NCBI GenBank assembly: GCA_050942995.1
Contig: JBMNOI010000003.1
Coordinates: forward strand, 1-56,297
DNA length: 56,297 bases
From: Anaerolineae bacterium
Lineage (GTDB): Bacteria > Chloroflexota > Anaerolineae > UBA1429
Direction of reading: 5' to 3'
The translations under genes were made by a program, and so were the position numbers. Under the pieces are notes generated by a model that was given only the letters and a program-made list of their open reading frames with translations, was not told where the DNA came from and ran no database searches. Positions 1-10,462 of this stretch are shown here, in pieces; within the stretch, counting starts at the first letter, position 1, and each line of letters opens with the position of its first letter.

Positions 1-343
1 CCAGCTTGGCGGCGGTGCAGCCGCCCACCAGTCGCACCACCTCATCGCGCGGCACATTAATGTCCACCATCATGCGCGCAATGGTCTCGGAGGGGGTCGC
101 CATCGCCTCACCGGCCACACTCAGGTCGAGTGCATGGTCGGCGATGAATCGGTCGATGATATCCATCTCGGCGCGGGACACGCCGTCCATCTCGACCACC
201 TGCCCCCCTTCGATGCGCAGACCGGGCGATGGATCGTAAGGGCTGTCGCTCACGATAAGGCCCACCTCGGGCCATTCGTGCACGAACGAATCTTGATTGA
301 TCGGTCGCTTATCCAGATGGAAGGCTCGTTTCGATCTTGGCAA
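1..343 (-). CDS. pduC: B12-dependent propanediol/glycerol dehydratase large subunit, N-terminal part (runs off window start)
   Basis: Manual translation from TTG at 343 (SD-like AAAGGGG upstream): MPRSKRAFHLDKRPINQDSFVHEWPEVGLIVSDSPYDPSPGLRIEGGQVVEMDG...IDRFIADHALDL...MMVDINVPRDEVVRLVGGCTAAKL. This matches the PduC/DhaB1 N-terminal pattern RSKR..L.KRP.NQD.F..EW.E.G....SP.DP.P. Not in the supplied ORF track. Confidence 0.88.
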   Translation of the reverse strand, partial: MPRSKRAFHLDKRPINQDSFVHEWPEVGLIVSDSPYDPSPGLRIEGGQVVEMDGVSRAEMDIIDRFIADHALDLSVAGEAMATPSETIARMMVDINVPRDEVVRLVGGCTAAKL

Positions 344-379
344 GGCGATACCCCTTTGAACGGCCGGCCCCTCACAGGG

Positions 380-1414
380 TCAGTCCGATAGTTCACCGAT
401 CCACTGGCCGTCGTGTAGCGGCGCCGCCGACCCGACGGCGGCCAGGCGAAGGGCCTCTTGAGGACAGGCCACGGCGCATACACCACAACCGGTGCAACGC
501 GAAATATCCACCTGAACGGAGCCGTCTCCCTGAGACAATGCCCCGAATGGACAACGCGCCACGCAGACGCCGCAATTCACGCAAGCGCCGTCATCCACCA
601 CCGCGCGGTAGCGGCTGGTGGCAACCGGCAGATCGAGCCCATGCACCACGTGAGGCCGCAGAAACGCACAGCAGCACGAACAGCAGTTGCAGATCACCCG
701 CGGCGTTCGCACGTTCTCGGTATTGTGTACCAGTCCGGCCGCCGAGGCGCGCTCCAGAATATCCAGCGCTTCCTCATGAGTGATGGCCCGGGCGGAGCCA
801 CGCTCCAGGGCGTATCGGGCCACCCCGTCCAGCCACAGGCACACCTCGTGCTCGTGGTCGCAACGGCGTTCGCGGCGGCGACAGGGACACTGAGCCACGG
901 CGATCGTCTCGGCCCGGGCGATGATCCACGAGGCACGCTCGTGATCGGACACATCCTCCGTCGGAAGCGCTGCTTCGGCGGGCAGGATACGAAACTCGGG
1001 CGGTTTCTCGTCCCGTGCCTGTATCGCCTCCGGCGCTTGCGCGGCGCGGAGCATGTCGTCGTTCCAGAAATCGCGCCAGGCGTCGTAAAACGATTCGCCC
1101 AACGCCTCGTATCGAGGGTCTATAAGCACCGCGTCGGCCAGGGGGCCGATCTCCAGACGGTGATAGGTGCGTCCGGTGGGCGTCTCTTCACCCGGCACGG
1201 CCACGCCCTTGTCGGCCAGCGTCGCCAGTATTTGACGGGCAAATTCGGCGGTGGCGCCCAGACGCCCGGCCAGTTGCCCCGGCGTCCCCGGCAACGCCGC
1301 CAGCCAGCGAGCCTCTTCCTCCGTCAGAATCTGCCGAAGGATACCCACCAACCGCTCCGAGTCGGGATAGCCCAGCAGTTCGGCCAGACGGCGGAACGGG
1401 GTCGATTCGCTCAT
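380..1414 (-). CDS. 4Fe-4S dicluster domain protein with CPCR...C and CNCCSCCC motifs
   Basis: C-terminal CVNCGVCVARCP and CTGCGVCAVACP ferredoxin motifs; SD AGGAGG before ATG. Confidence 0.85.
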   Translation of the reverse strand: MSESTPFRRLAELLGYPDSERLVGILRQILTEEEARWLAALPGTPGQLAGRLGATAEFARQILATLADKGVAVPGEETPTGRTYHRLEIGPLADAVLIDPRYEALGESFYDAWRDFWNDDMLRAAQAPEAIQARDEKPPEFRILPAEAALPTEDVSDHERASWIIARAETIAVAQCPCRRRERRCDHEHEVCLWLDGVARYALERGSARAITHEEALDILERASAAGLVHNTENVRTPRVICNCCSCCCAFLRPHVVHGLDLPVATSRYRAVVDDGACVNCGVCVARCPFGALSQGDGSVQVDISRCTGCGVCAVACPQEALRLAAVGSAAPLHDGQWIGELSD

Positions 1415-1523
1415 GGTATCGCCTCCTGTGGCGGAATAGGGCCGGGCATCGATAGGACTCGAGATTTTACGGCGCTATTGTAGCACATCCGCATAGAGAG
1501 GCCAACGATTCAGCCGCATCGAC

Positions 1524-1555
1524 AAAAACCGGGAACCCAATCGGGCTCCCGGTCT
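1524..1555 (-). terminator. Intrinsic terminator after the ABC ATPase
   Basis: ACCGGGA/TCCCGGT hairpin followed by a T run on the minus strand. Confidence 0.55.
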
Positions 1556-1571
1556 CGTAACGATGGCCTCT

Positions 1572-2354
<783 letters not shown>

Positions 2355-2375
2355 AGATTATCCCTCCACATCGGG

Positions 2376-3845
2376 CTAGCGTTCGAACCGGGTTTTAGAT
2401 TCGATAAATTCAACGGCCCGAGAGGAAAAGAGCGTCATAACCAGATAGCAGAGCGCCACCAGAATCCAGGTATCAAAGCTGAGAAAGGTGCGCGCCATGT
2501 ACTCGCGCCCACGCCGCGTCAGGTCCGACACGGCCAACACCGACACGAGGGACGAATCCTTCAACAGGGCCACAAATTCGTTGCCGATGGGCGGCAGAAT
2601 CACCCGCACCGCCTGCGGCAGGATGACATAGCGCATGGCCTGAATATAGGTCATGCCCAGCGAACGCGCCGCCTCCATCTGCCCTTGGTGGATGGAGGAG
2701 ATACCGGCGCGAAAGATCTCGGACCCATATGCGCCGTAGCAGATCGTCAGACCGATCATCGCTGCGGTAAAAGGATCCAGTCGGATATCCATGATCCGCT
2801 CACCCAGCGGCGCAACCGCCGGCGAGATGCTGGCGATGACGCCGCCCACGCTGCCCAACACTTGCGGCAATGCGAACCAGATGAACAGCAACTGCACCAG
2901 CAACGGAATGCCCCGGATCAACTCTACATAGAGTGAAGAGATTCCGTAGATGATGGGCGAGCGCGAGATGCGCCCCAGCCCACCCAGCAAGCTGACGAGG
3001 ATGATAAAACCAAAGGACGTCACGACGATACGCAAGGTGACCAGAATACCGTCTGCGACAAAATTCCATATCTCGAGGAACGGATAGGGCCGAAAGCGCA
3101 CCAGCAGCCAGATACCCAGCGCAACGACGAACACCAGAGCCCACCAGTTCGTCACATCGCGGCGGCTCTCACTTCGCAGACTCAGCGCGCCGACAAAGGC
3201 GACCGTGGCGCTGAGCAGCGCCCCCCAATAACCGATCGAGGGCATCAAACCCGGGCCGGCCAGCTTGAGCAATCGCGTGCTGAAATCGAATTGATGCAGC
3301 CAGGCCAGCACGATCGCCAGCACCCCCAGCCCCGACAGAGTGATGGCCACCGACACCAGAGGGCCGTAACGATCCAGCGCATCGGGATCATCGGGGGCGG
3401 CCCGCCAGAGAGTACGACGGCCCTTGTAGAACAGCCACCCCATTATCGGCAGGTTCAAAATCGGCAACAACAGGACGATCACATAGCTGATCAAATGGGG
3501 TTGGGCGATCATCTGCCCCATCGAGCGTATCAGCCAACCCCAGCCGGTGCCGGCAAAACCGTTTACCGGCGCAACCTGCACCTGAATATCTTCAAGGTGC
3601 TCACCCTTAGGACGCTTGGACTGGGCAAAGTGTTGTCCGTTTATCAACACAGAAAAGTCGGATTCGATCGTCGTCCCGCCGTCGAAACGCGTCACCGCCG
3701 CCGTAATCCGCTCCGTAAACATGGGCAAAAAGTACGAGAGTACGATGAGTAACGCTCCGCCCAGCGCCGGCGCATAACGCCAATCGATGCGCTGCGTCGT
3801 AATAGTCGATCGGCGCTCTATTGCTCCGGGCGTACTAATGGTCAC
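2376..3845 (-). CDS. Polar amino acid ABC permease (HisM/GlnP family) with a long N-terminal membrane extension
   Basis: C-terminal RGIPLLVQL, EIFRAGI, GQMEAARSLG (EAA loop) and LLKDSSL. Start revised to GTG 3845 behind SD GGAGG. Confidence 0.85.
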   Translation of the reverse strand: MTISTPGAIERRSTITTQRIDWRYAPALGGALLIVLSYFLPMFTERITAAVTRFDGGTTIESDFSVLINGQHFAQSKRPKGEHLEDIQVQVAPVNGFAGTGWGWLIRSMGQMIAQPHLISYVIVLLLPILNLPIMGWLFYKGRRTLWRAAPDDPDALDRYGPLVSVAITLSGLGVLAIVLAWLHQFDFSTRLLKLAGPGLMPSIGYWGALLSATVAFVGALSLRSESRRDVTNWWALVFVVALGIWLLVRFRPYPFLEIWNFVADGILVTLRIVVTSFGFIILVSLLGGLGRISRSPIIYGISSLYVELIRGIPLLVQLLFIWFALPQVLGSVGGVIASISPAVAPLGERIMDIRLDPFTAAMIGLTICYGAYGSEIFRAGISSIHQGQMEAARSLGMTYIQAMRYVILPQAVRVILPPIGNEFVALLKDSSLVSVLAVSDLTRRGREYMARTFLSFDTWILVALCYLVMTLFSSRAVEFIESKTRFER

Positions 3846-3980
3846 CTTGTTTCCTCCATCATCCGAACAGAATAAAACCACGAACATATACCGTTGGCGT
3901 GCAACCAGTGGCACGCCGAATCGCACGCAAAAAGCCGGCGTCCCGGCGGATCAAAGGGGGCGATCATGATGCCCTCAAAC

Positions 3981-4025
3981 AAAAAGAGGCTCGTTTCGAA
4001 CCCTCAACGGGTAGAACAAGCCCCT
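3981..4025 (-). terminator. Intrinsic terminator after livF
   Basis: GGGGCTTGTT...AACGAGCCTC hairpin followed by TTTTTG on the minus strand. Confidence 0.6.
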
Positions 4026-4113
4026 ATGCTTGCGTGATCCGATTATCAGACATCGCGCTCTCGAGGCGCAACGAAACGAGCGCGAGCCCGAGTGTGCCCC
4101 CGTATCGTCGATC

Positions 4114-4824
4114 TCAATCGCCGAGATAGGCCGCGCGCACCTGCGGGTTATTCATCACCTCGCGAGCGTCACCCTCCAGCACAATGCGTCCTGTCTCGAG
4201 CACATAGCCGCGATGGGCGATCGAAAGCGCCATGGCGGCGTTCTGCTCCACCAGCAAAATGCTGGTGCCCTGGGCGTTGATCCACTTGATGATCTCAAAG
4301 ATCTCTTCGACCAGGATCGGCGCCAGACCCATCGAGGGCTCGTCCAGCAATAGCAGCTTGGGTTGCGACATCAGGGCGCGCCCCATCGCCAGCATCTGCT
4401 GTTCGCCACCCGAGAGCGTGCCCCCATACTGGGTCAGCCGTTCCCTCAGGCGCGGAAAGCTGGTGAATACCCGCTCCATCGACTGACGAATCTCGGCCTT
4501 GTCCTTGCGAGTATAGGCGCCCATCTCCAGGTTCTCCATCACCGTAAGTTTGGAGAAAATATGGCGCCCCTCGGGCACTTGCGAAATGCCCAGTCGCACG
4601 ATATCTTCCGCCGCCACGCGGGTGATATCTTGCTCTCGAAACAGGATGCTCCCCTGAGCAGGGCGCAACAACCCGGAGATGGTGCGCAGCGTCGTGCTCT
4701 TGCCCGCCCCATTGGCGCCGATCAGGGTGACGATCTCTCCCTCATTGATGTTGAACGAGATGCCCTGAACGGCATTGATGGCACCGTACGATACATGCAG
4801 GTTCTCAACTGTCAGCAGCGTCAT
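4114..4824 (-). CDS. livF: Branched-chain amino acid ABC ATPase LivF
   Basis: GANGAGKST, VPEGR, LSGGEQQMLA, LDEPSMGLAP. Confidence 0.93.
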   Translation of the reverse strand: MTLLTVENLHVSYGAINAVQGISFNINEGEIVTLIGANGAGKSTTLRTISGLLRPAQGSILFREQDITRVAAEDIVRLGISQVPEGRHIFSKLTVMENLEMGAYTRKDKAEIRQSMERVFTSFPRLRERLTQYGGTLSGGEQQMLAMGRALMSQPKLLLLDEPSMGLAPILVEEIFEIIKWINAQGTSILLVEQNAAMALSIAHRGYVLETGRIVLEGDAREVMNNPQVRAAYLGD

Positions 4825-5638
4825 CGAAACGGAGCCCCTTTCCCGCCGATTTACCCAGATACGCCTCGATCACCCTTTCATTGTCCTGAATCTCTCGCGG
4901 CGTGCCTCGGGCGATAACCTGGCCAAAGTCCATCACGGTGATCCACTCGCAGATGCCCATTACCACCCGCATCTGATGCTCGATGAGGAGAATGGTCAGC
5001 TTGAAGCGGTCACGGATAAAGTGGATCAACTTCATGAGTTGCTCTGTCTCGCGCGGATTCATCCCCGCCGCCGGCTCATCCAACAACAAGAGGCGAGGCT
5101 TTGCCGCCAATGCACGGGCGATCTCTAACCGGCGCTGTTCGCCATACGGCAGATTGCGGGCCATCTCGAGCTGACGATCCTGCAGGCCGAACACGGCCAG
5201 AAAATCCTGAGCGCGCTCGGTCAGCTCTCGTTCCTGACGGCTGAAACGCGCCAGCCGCGTGATAGACTCCAGCAGGTTATAGCCCGCATGCGTGTGGTAG
5301 GCGATGCGCACATTATCCAGCACCGTCAGATTCTGAAACAGCCGGATATTCTGAAACGTCCGGGCGATGCCGGCGCGGGTGATGTCTCGCGGCGACAACC
5401 CCACCAGTTCCTGGTCATAGAACTGAATGCTCCCCTCGGTGGGCAGATAGATTCCGGTGATCATGTTGAACACCGTCGTCTTGCCCGCGCCGTTCGGTCC
5501 GATGAGGCCGTACAGTCCCCCTTCGGGAATAGCCATGTTGAACGATGAAACGGCACGCAGACCACCGAAGAGCATTGTCAGCGCATTGATATCGAGGAGA
5601 TTTTCTCCAGGCGCCGTCATTTTGGTATGAGTATCCAT
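4805..5638 (-). CDS. livG: Branched-chain amino acid ABC ATPase LivG
   Basis: GPNGAGKTT, RTFQNIRLF, LPYGEQRRLEIARALA, DEPAAGMN. Confidence 0.93.
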   Translation of the reverse strand: MDTHTKMTAPGENLLDINALTMLFGGLRAVSSFNMAIPEGGLYGLIGPNGAGKTTVFNMITGIYLPTEGSIQFYDQELVGLSPRDITRAGIARTFQNIRLFQNLTVLDNVRIAYHTHAGYNLLESITRLARFSRQERELTERAQDFLAVFGLQDRQLEMARNLPYGEQRRLEIARALAAKPRLLLLDEPAAGMNPRETEQLMKLIHFIRDRFKLTILLIEHQMRVVMGICEWITVMDFGQVIARGTPREIQDNERVIEAYLGKSAGKGLRFDDAADS

Positions 5639-5640
5639 AA

Positions 5641-6975
5641 TCAGGTCTCCCTCCCATCCTGCACGGCGACCTCACCACGCAACGACCGATCGGGCACAGG
5701 GATATCACGTGCAGGAGGCAGCGGCGCGCGCAACCAGCCCCATTCGGTCGTGCCCAGCAATCCCTGCGGGCGCAGCAGCATGATGATAAGCAGGAGGATC
5801 GGATATAGCACAAAACGCCAGGTTTCAAAGCCCTGAGGCAGTACCACGCGCAGCCCCTCGGTTACCAGGGCAAACATGCCAGAGGCGACGATGGTGCCGG
5901 TCATACTGCCCAATCCCCCCCATACGATGACGATCAACGGGTCGAATCCACGGATCATGTTGAACGTCGAGGGGTGCAAAAAGCCAAAGAGATGGGCATA
6001 GAGCCCGCCGGCCACGCCGGCAAAGAACCCGCCAAAGGCAAAGGCCACGCCCTTGAGCCGGGTCACGTCGTTGCCCATCGTCTGTGAGGCGATCTCATCC
6101 TCGCGAATGGACATGATGGCCCGCCCGTGGCTGGAATGAATCAGGTTGCGCATCACCACCACAAGCAGCGCCATTACGCCAAAAGTCCATCCCCATGTCG
6201 TCCAACGGGGAATGCCTACCATGCCGCGGGCGCCCTTCATCGTCTCGATGACGATGTCCGAGTTCTGCAACGCGGTGAAAACCATAATGGCAAAGCCCAG
6301 CGTGGCGATGCCAAAATAGTCCGACCCCAGACGCAGCAAGGGGAGTCCCACCAGATAGGCCACCAGAGCCGCCATGGTGCCGCCATTGATCAGGGCCAGA
6401 ATGAACACCAGGGGCTCGGCAATGGCATTTGACAGGTTACCCAGCGTCGCATTCAGGCCGATCAGCAGCAGCTTTTGGACCAGGTAGGCGACCGCCGCCC
6501 CCACCAGCACGACGAGGATGATGCCCAAAAAGGAGACCACCCCGATCAGGAGCGAGCTTTCGAACAGCTTGAGATGGGCGTTCAAATAATCCCGCAGGCG
6601 CTTGCGCAACTTTTCCGGATTGAGTGCTCTGGCGCCGAGCATAGCGGCCACCAGACCGATCTGGCTGCCCATCATCCAAGAGAGGGCGACGAACTGACCG
6701 CCGCTCCAGCGCGAAATAAAGTCTTTACTGATCAGGGCCGAGCCATAGGCGCCAATGGCATAAAAGCCGATGTGCCCCAGGGAAAACTGCCCGTTAAAGC
6801 CGTAGATCAGATTCAGCCCGAGGGCCGAAATGGCCATGATGACGGCGCTCTGGATCACCTGATACCAGTAGTTATTGATGCGCCCGGAACTTGAGCCATA
6901 GGCCACGGCCAGGAATATGCCCAGGGCCACGACCAGTGTGGAGAGCCAGGATGGAATGAGCGTTCGTGATCGCAT
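5641..6975 (-). CDS. livM: Branched-chain amino acid ABC permease LivM with an internal hydrophobic insertion
   Basis: GLNLIYGFNGQFSLGH, LRLGSDYFGIATLGF, REDEIA, GGLGSMTG. Confidence 0.88.
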   Translation of the reverse strand: MRSRTLIPSWLSTLVVALGIFLAVAYGSSSGRINNYWYQVIQSAVIMAISALGLNLIYGFNGQFSLGHIGFYAIGAYGSALISKDFISRWSGGQFVALSWMMGSQIGLVAAMLGARALNPEKLRKRLRDYLNAHLKLFESSLLIGVVSFLGIILVVLVGAAVAYLVQKLLLIGLNATLGNLSNAIAEPLVFILALINGGTMAALVAYLVGLPLLRLGSDYFGIATLGFAIMVFTALQNSDIVIETMKGARGMVGIPRWTTWGWTFGVMALLVVVMRNLIHSSHGRAIMSIREDEIASQTMGNDVTRLKGVAFAFGGFFAGVAGGLYAHLFGFLHPSTFNMIRGFDPLIVIVWGGLGSMTGTIVASGMFALVTEGLRVVLPQGFETWRFVLYPILLLIIMLLRPQGLLGTTEWGWLRAPLPPARDIPVPDRSLRGEVAVQDGRET

Positions 6976-6987
6976 GGCGCGTTTCTC

Positions 6988-7989
6988 CTAAACCTTCTCG
7001 ACCTGCGGCTCACCAAAAATGCCGGTCGGCTTGACCAAAAAGACGATGATCAGCACCAGGAAAGCGAACAGGTCGCGCAATCGCGATCCCATGGGCACAA
7101 AGGCGACGACGAGCACGTCGATCTCGCCCATCAGCAACGAGCCCACGAACGCGCCGGGAATGCTCCCGATACCGCCCAACACCGCCGCTACAAAAGCCTT
7201 GAGGCCGGGCATTACGCCCATGAACGTCCAGATCTGCGGGAAAGCGATGGCATACAGGACGCCACCGGCGCCGGCCAGCGCGGCTCCCAGGGCAAAGGTT
7301 AGAGAGATGATGCCGTCCACATTGATGCCCATCAGTCGGGAGGCCGGCTTGTCCAGGGAGGAGGCCCGCATGGCTTTGCCCAATTTGGTTCGGCTGATGA
7401 TATACTGCAGGGCGAGCAGTAGAACCGTCGTCACGACAACGATGATGACGGTAATATTCGAGATCAAGATCCCGCCGATATTCCAGGTGACCACGGGGAA
7501 CGGTCGCCGGTAGGTGATAAAGTCGGCGCTGAATACCCAGCGGAGCGCGGTAAAGTTCTCCAGGAAGAACGACACGCCGATGGCGGTGATGAGGGCCGCA
7601 ATACGCGGCGCGTTGCGCAGCGGCTTGTAAGCCACCCGCTCGATGACGACGTTCAGAATCGTGCACACCACCATGGAAAACAAAATGGCCGGGATAAAGC
7701 CCCAGCCATACTGTGTGATGGCGTAGAAACTGGCGAACGAGCCCACCATGAAAACGTCGCCATGGGCAAAGTTGATCAGGCGCACGATGCCGTACACCAT
7801 GGTATAGCCCAAAGCAATAAGGGCGTACACAAAGCCCAGACGCAGGCCGTCGAGCACTGCCTGCATGAAATAGATCGGACCGTTCAAACGAACAAGGTAA
7901 GAAATTCCCCAGATAATGCCGGCAGCCAATACCGCATAGATGATCCAGGCCGTACTACGAAGTATGGGCGTCGTGATCGAGCTTTTCAT
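6988..7989 (-). CDS. livH: Branched-chain amino acid ABC permease LivH
   Basis: YALIALGYTMVYG, INFAHG, GLKAFVAAVLGGIG. Confidence 0.92.
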   Translation of the reverse strand: MKSSITTPILRSTAWIIYAVLAAGIIWGISYLVRLNGPIYFMQAVLDGLRLGFVYALIALGYTMVYGIVRLINFAHGDVFMVGSFASFYAITQYGWGFIPAILFSMVVCTILNVVIERVAYKPLRNAPRIAALITAIGVSFFLENFTALRWVFSADFITYRRPFPVVTWNIGGILISNITVIIVVVTTVLLLALQYIISRTKLGKAMRASSLDKPASRLMGINVDGIISLTFALGAALAGAGGVLYAIAFPQIWTFMGVMPGLKAFVAAVLGGIGSIPGAFVGSLLMGEIDVLVVAFVPMGSRLRDLFAFLVLIIVFLVKPTGIFGEPQVEKV

Positions 7990-8039
7990 CCATTCTCCTC
8001 TCTCCGGATTCGCTCGGAGATAGGTATGTTGAAAGACAA

Positions 8040-8072
8040 GAGGGGAGAGTACACCCTACCACTCTCCCCTCT
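8040..8072 (-). terminator. Stem-loop downstream of livK (mRNA-stabilising or partial terminator)
   Basis: AGGGGAGAGT/ACTCTCCCCT inverted repeat. Confidence 0.5.
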
Positions 8073-8088
8073 GAGAGCCTAACCGGTT

Positions 8089-9318
8089 TTAGGGAGCGAC
8101 AAACTTGTAGAACACCTTCTCGCCGCCCTCGACCTTGACGATAGCCGCCGACTTGACGGGGTTGCCAAACTCGTCAAAGGTGATTTCGCCGGACACCCCT
8201 TCGTAGTGGAGCGCCGCCATCGCGTCCTTCACCACCGCGGGATCACTCACACCCGCTTCAGAAATGGCCTGCAACAGGATGCGGGCCGCGTCATAGGCCA
8301 GGGTCGCCAGAGCATCGGGCTCGGCGCCATGGGCCGCCTCGTACGCCGACACAAAGTCCTGCACCACCGGACGGGGGTCGGCGGGCGAGTAGTGGTTCGA
8401 GAAGTAGCCCCCCTCGAACAGTTCGTTCTGCAGCTCGGGCGAATCCCAGCCGTCACCACCGAGCAGGATCGCATCGATGCCACGCTCGCTGATCTGGGCG
8501 GCGATGAGGTTCACCTTGTTGTAGTAATCGGGCAGGAAGATGGCGTCTACGTCAGCCGCCGCCACACGCCCCAGGATACCGGAAAAATCGGTATCGTCCT
8601 TGGTATAGGCCTCGAACACGGGCACCGAACCGCCCATCTCCTCAAACGCGGCCTTGTAGTACTCGGCCAGACCCATCACATAGTCGTTACCCACGTCGTA
8701 CAGCACGGCCGACGTCTCGGCGCCCAGCTCGCGGGCAAGAGTGGCCACCACTTCACCCTGGAACGGATCCAGGAAGCAGGCGCGGAAGACGAACTCTTTG
8801 TTGCTGCCGTCCTCGTTCACCGTCACGGCGGGGTTGGTCGAGGTGGGCGAAATCTGCAGCACCCCATTGGCCTCGGCAATCTCGCTGATGGGGATCGATG
8901 AGCTGGAGCAAACGGCGCCGATGATATAGTCCACATCATCGATCACGCTGTTGGCAGCGTTGGCCGCTTCCTGAGCGTCGCAACGCGTATCGGCAACCAC
9001 CACCTCGATGTCCCAGCCGGCCGCCTGAGCGGCTTCGAGGGCCATCTTGGCGCCTTTTTCGGTCGAATCGCCAAAGGTCGCGACGTCACCGGTCATGGGC
9101 GCCAGAATCGCGACGCGAACGGGGAAATCAGGGGCCGGCGGAACGGAGGCATCGCCTACCAGGGCGGCGGGCTCGTCATCCACCACAGCCGGCTCTTCGG
9201 CGGCCGGTTGCTCTGCAACGGGATCGGCTTCGGGCGAAGTGGTCGCCGGAGCGCAAGCCGAGAGAATCATTCCGAGCACAATAACGATGGCGACAAGGAT
9301 ACCCAACTTGGGCTTCAT
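8089..9318 (-). CDS. livK: Branched-chain amino acid ABC substrate-binding lipoprotein (LivK/LivJ family)
   Basis: Lipobox LSAC; IGAVCSSSS, ISPTSTNP, FRACFLDPFQG, LGGDGW. Confidence 0.88.
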   Translation of the reverse strand: MKPKLGILVAIVIVLGMILSACAPATTSPEADPVAEQPAAEEPAVVDDEPAALVGDASVPPAPDFPVRVAILAPMTGDVATFGDSTEKGAKMALEAAQAAGWDIEVVVADTRCDAQEAANAANSVIDDVDYIIGAVCSSSSIPISEIAEANGVLQISPTSTNPAVTVNEDGSNKEFVFRACFLDPFQGEVVATLARELGAETSAVLYDVGNDYVMGLAEYYKAAFEEMGGSVPVFEAYTKDDTDFSGILGRVAAADVDAIFLPDYYNKVNLIAAQISERGIDAILLGGDGWDSPELQNELFEGGYFSNHYSPADPRPVVQDFVSAYEAAHGAEPDALATLAYDAARILLQAISEAGVSDPAVVKDAMAALHYEGVSGEITFDEFGNPVKSAAIVKVEGGEKVFYKFVAP

Positions 9319-9353
9319 CTCTTGCTCCTCTTGGTGCGAATATGCATCGTGAT

Positions 9354-9368
9354 TGTAACCGTGTTACA
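9354..9368. promoter_or_regulatory. Palindromic operator candidate TGTAAC-N3-GTTACA upstream of livK
   Basis: Perfect 6-bp inverted repeat about 35 nt upstream of the livK start, overlapping a possible TACAAT -10. Confidence 0.4.
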
Positions 9369-9498
9369 ACAGAACCAAAGAGGGGCTGCCAACCCCCTGA
9401 ATTCCCGACATAGGGTACCAGCGCCATTGCTTGGTCAGACGGATGTGTCCGGCCAGTCCTCCTCCTATTATTTTGAGGTTCTCTGTAGGATGAGGGCC

Positions 9499-9507
9499 AT
9501 TATAACA
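9499..9507 (-). promoter_or_regulatory. Extended -10 promoter (TGtTATAAT) upstream of the liv operon
   Basis: Consensus TGnTATAAT on the minus strand. Confidence 0.6.
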
Positions 9508-9575
9508 TATTGTTTATCACAGATAAACCCGGCACGACAAGCAATCTCCGCTCGATTATATGCTTCGAGCTTGAC

Positions 9576-9621
9576 GAGCAGGGTGCCTCGTTTACCCTCA
9601 GAAGGGTGAGGCGCCCTGCTC
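9576..9621 (-). terminator. Hairpin after the polar amino acid binding-protein gene
   Basis: GAGCAGGG.GCCTC/GAGGC.CCCTGCTC long inverted repeat; U tract is weak. Confidence 0.5.
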
Positions 9622-9637
9622 GATTCTGCTACTTTGC

Positions 9638-10462
9638 CTATTCGCCCGAGATCCAGCGAGCATAGATCTCGTCGTAGGTGCCATCAGCCTGGATGCGCCC
9701 CAGCCCCTCGTTAAAGAGGCTCAAAAAGTCGCCCATCTCGCCTTTACGCACAACGACACCATAGAACTCGTCGGTGAACGCCTCGCCGACGATCTTGAGC
9801 TGTCCCTCGAACTGGTCCGAAGCCAGAGCAAAGTCGGCCGCCACAGGCGTGTCCACCACGACGGCGTCCACATTGCCGCTGGTCAGATCCAGCAGCGCCA
9901 GATCGATGGTGTCGTACTCTTTGAGGGTCACGTCATCCATCCCCTCAATCGCCAGCGCGCCGGTGGTGCCGATCTGTGCGCCAACCGTCTTGCCCGCGAG
10001 ATCCTCATGCCCACCGATCTCGGTCTCATCCGCGCGGACGACAACGGCCTGTCCGGCGTTGATATAGGGATCGGAAAAGTCATAGACTTCGAGGCGATCT
10101 TCGTTGATGGTCACAGACGAGAGAATGGCGTCATAGTCGCCGCTCTCCAGGCCGGCAAAGATGCCGTCCCAGGCCGTGTTCTTGTACTCGACCTCGAACC
10201 CCATCTCGGCGGCAATCGCATCCATCATGTCGATGTCAAAGCCGACGATGTCTCGGTTCTCGTCCACAAATTCCATGGGGGGAAAGGCCGCGTCGGTGGC
10301 GATCACCACCGTGAGGCCGGTTTCGTCAGCCGGGGCCGGCTGAGCATCTTCGGGATCGGCTGCAACGGGATCGGTTTCTGCAGGGGTTTGCGGTCCACAG
10401 GCCGTCAGGATCAACCCAACAACCATCAGAACCGTGATGAGGGCTCCTACTCTGAGCTTCAT
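9638..10462 (-). CDS. Polar/basic amino acid ABC substrate-binding lipoprotein (SBP family 3)
   Basis: Lipobox LTAC; DAAFPPMEF, GFDID, WDGIFAGL, QIGTTG. Confidence 0.9.
   Translation of the reverse strand: MKLRVGALITVLMVVGLILTACGPQTPAETDPVAADPEDAQPAPADETGLTVVIATDAAFPPMEFVDENRDIVGFDIDMMDAIAAEMGFEVEYKNTAWDGIFAGLESGDYDAILSSVTINEDRLEVYDFSDPYINAGQAVVVRADETEIGGHEDLAGKTVGAQIGTTGALAIEGMDDVTLKEYDTIDLALLDLTSGNVDAVVVDTPVAADFALASDQFEGQLKIVGEAFTDEFYGVVVRKGEMGDFLSLFNEGLGRIQADGTYDEIYARWISGE

Noticed and set aside
1415-1570. Cobalamin riboswitch upstream of the Fe-S/dehydratase genes
   Set aside because: The intergenic region is short and lacks B12-box features.
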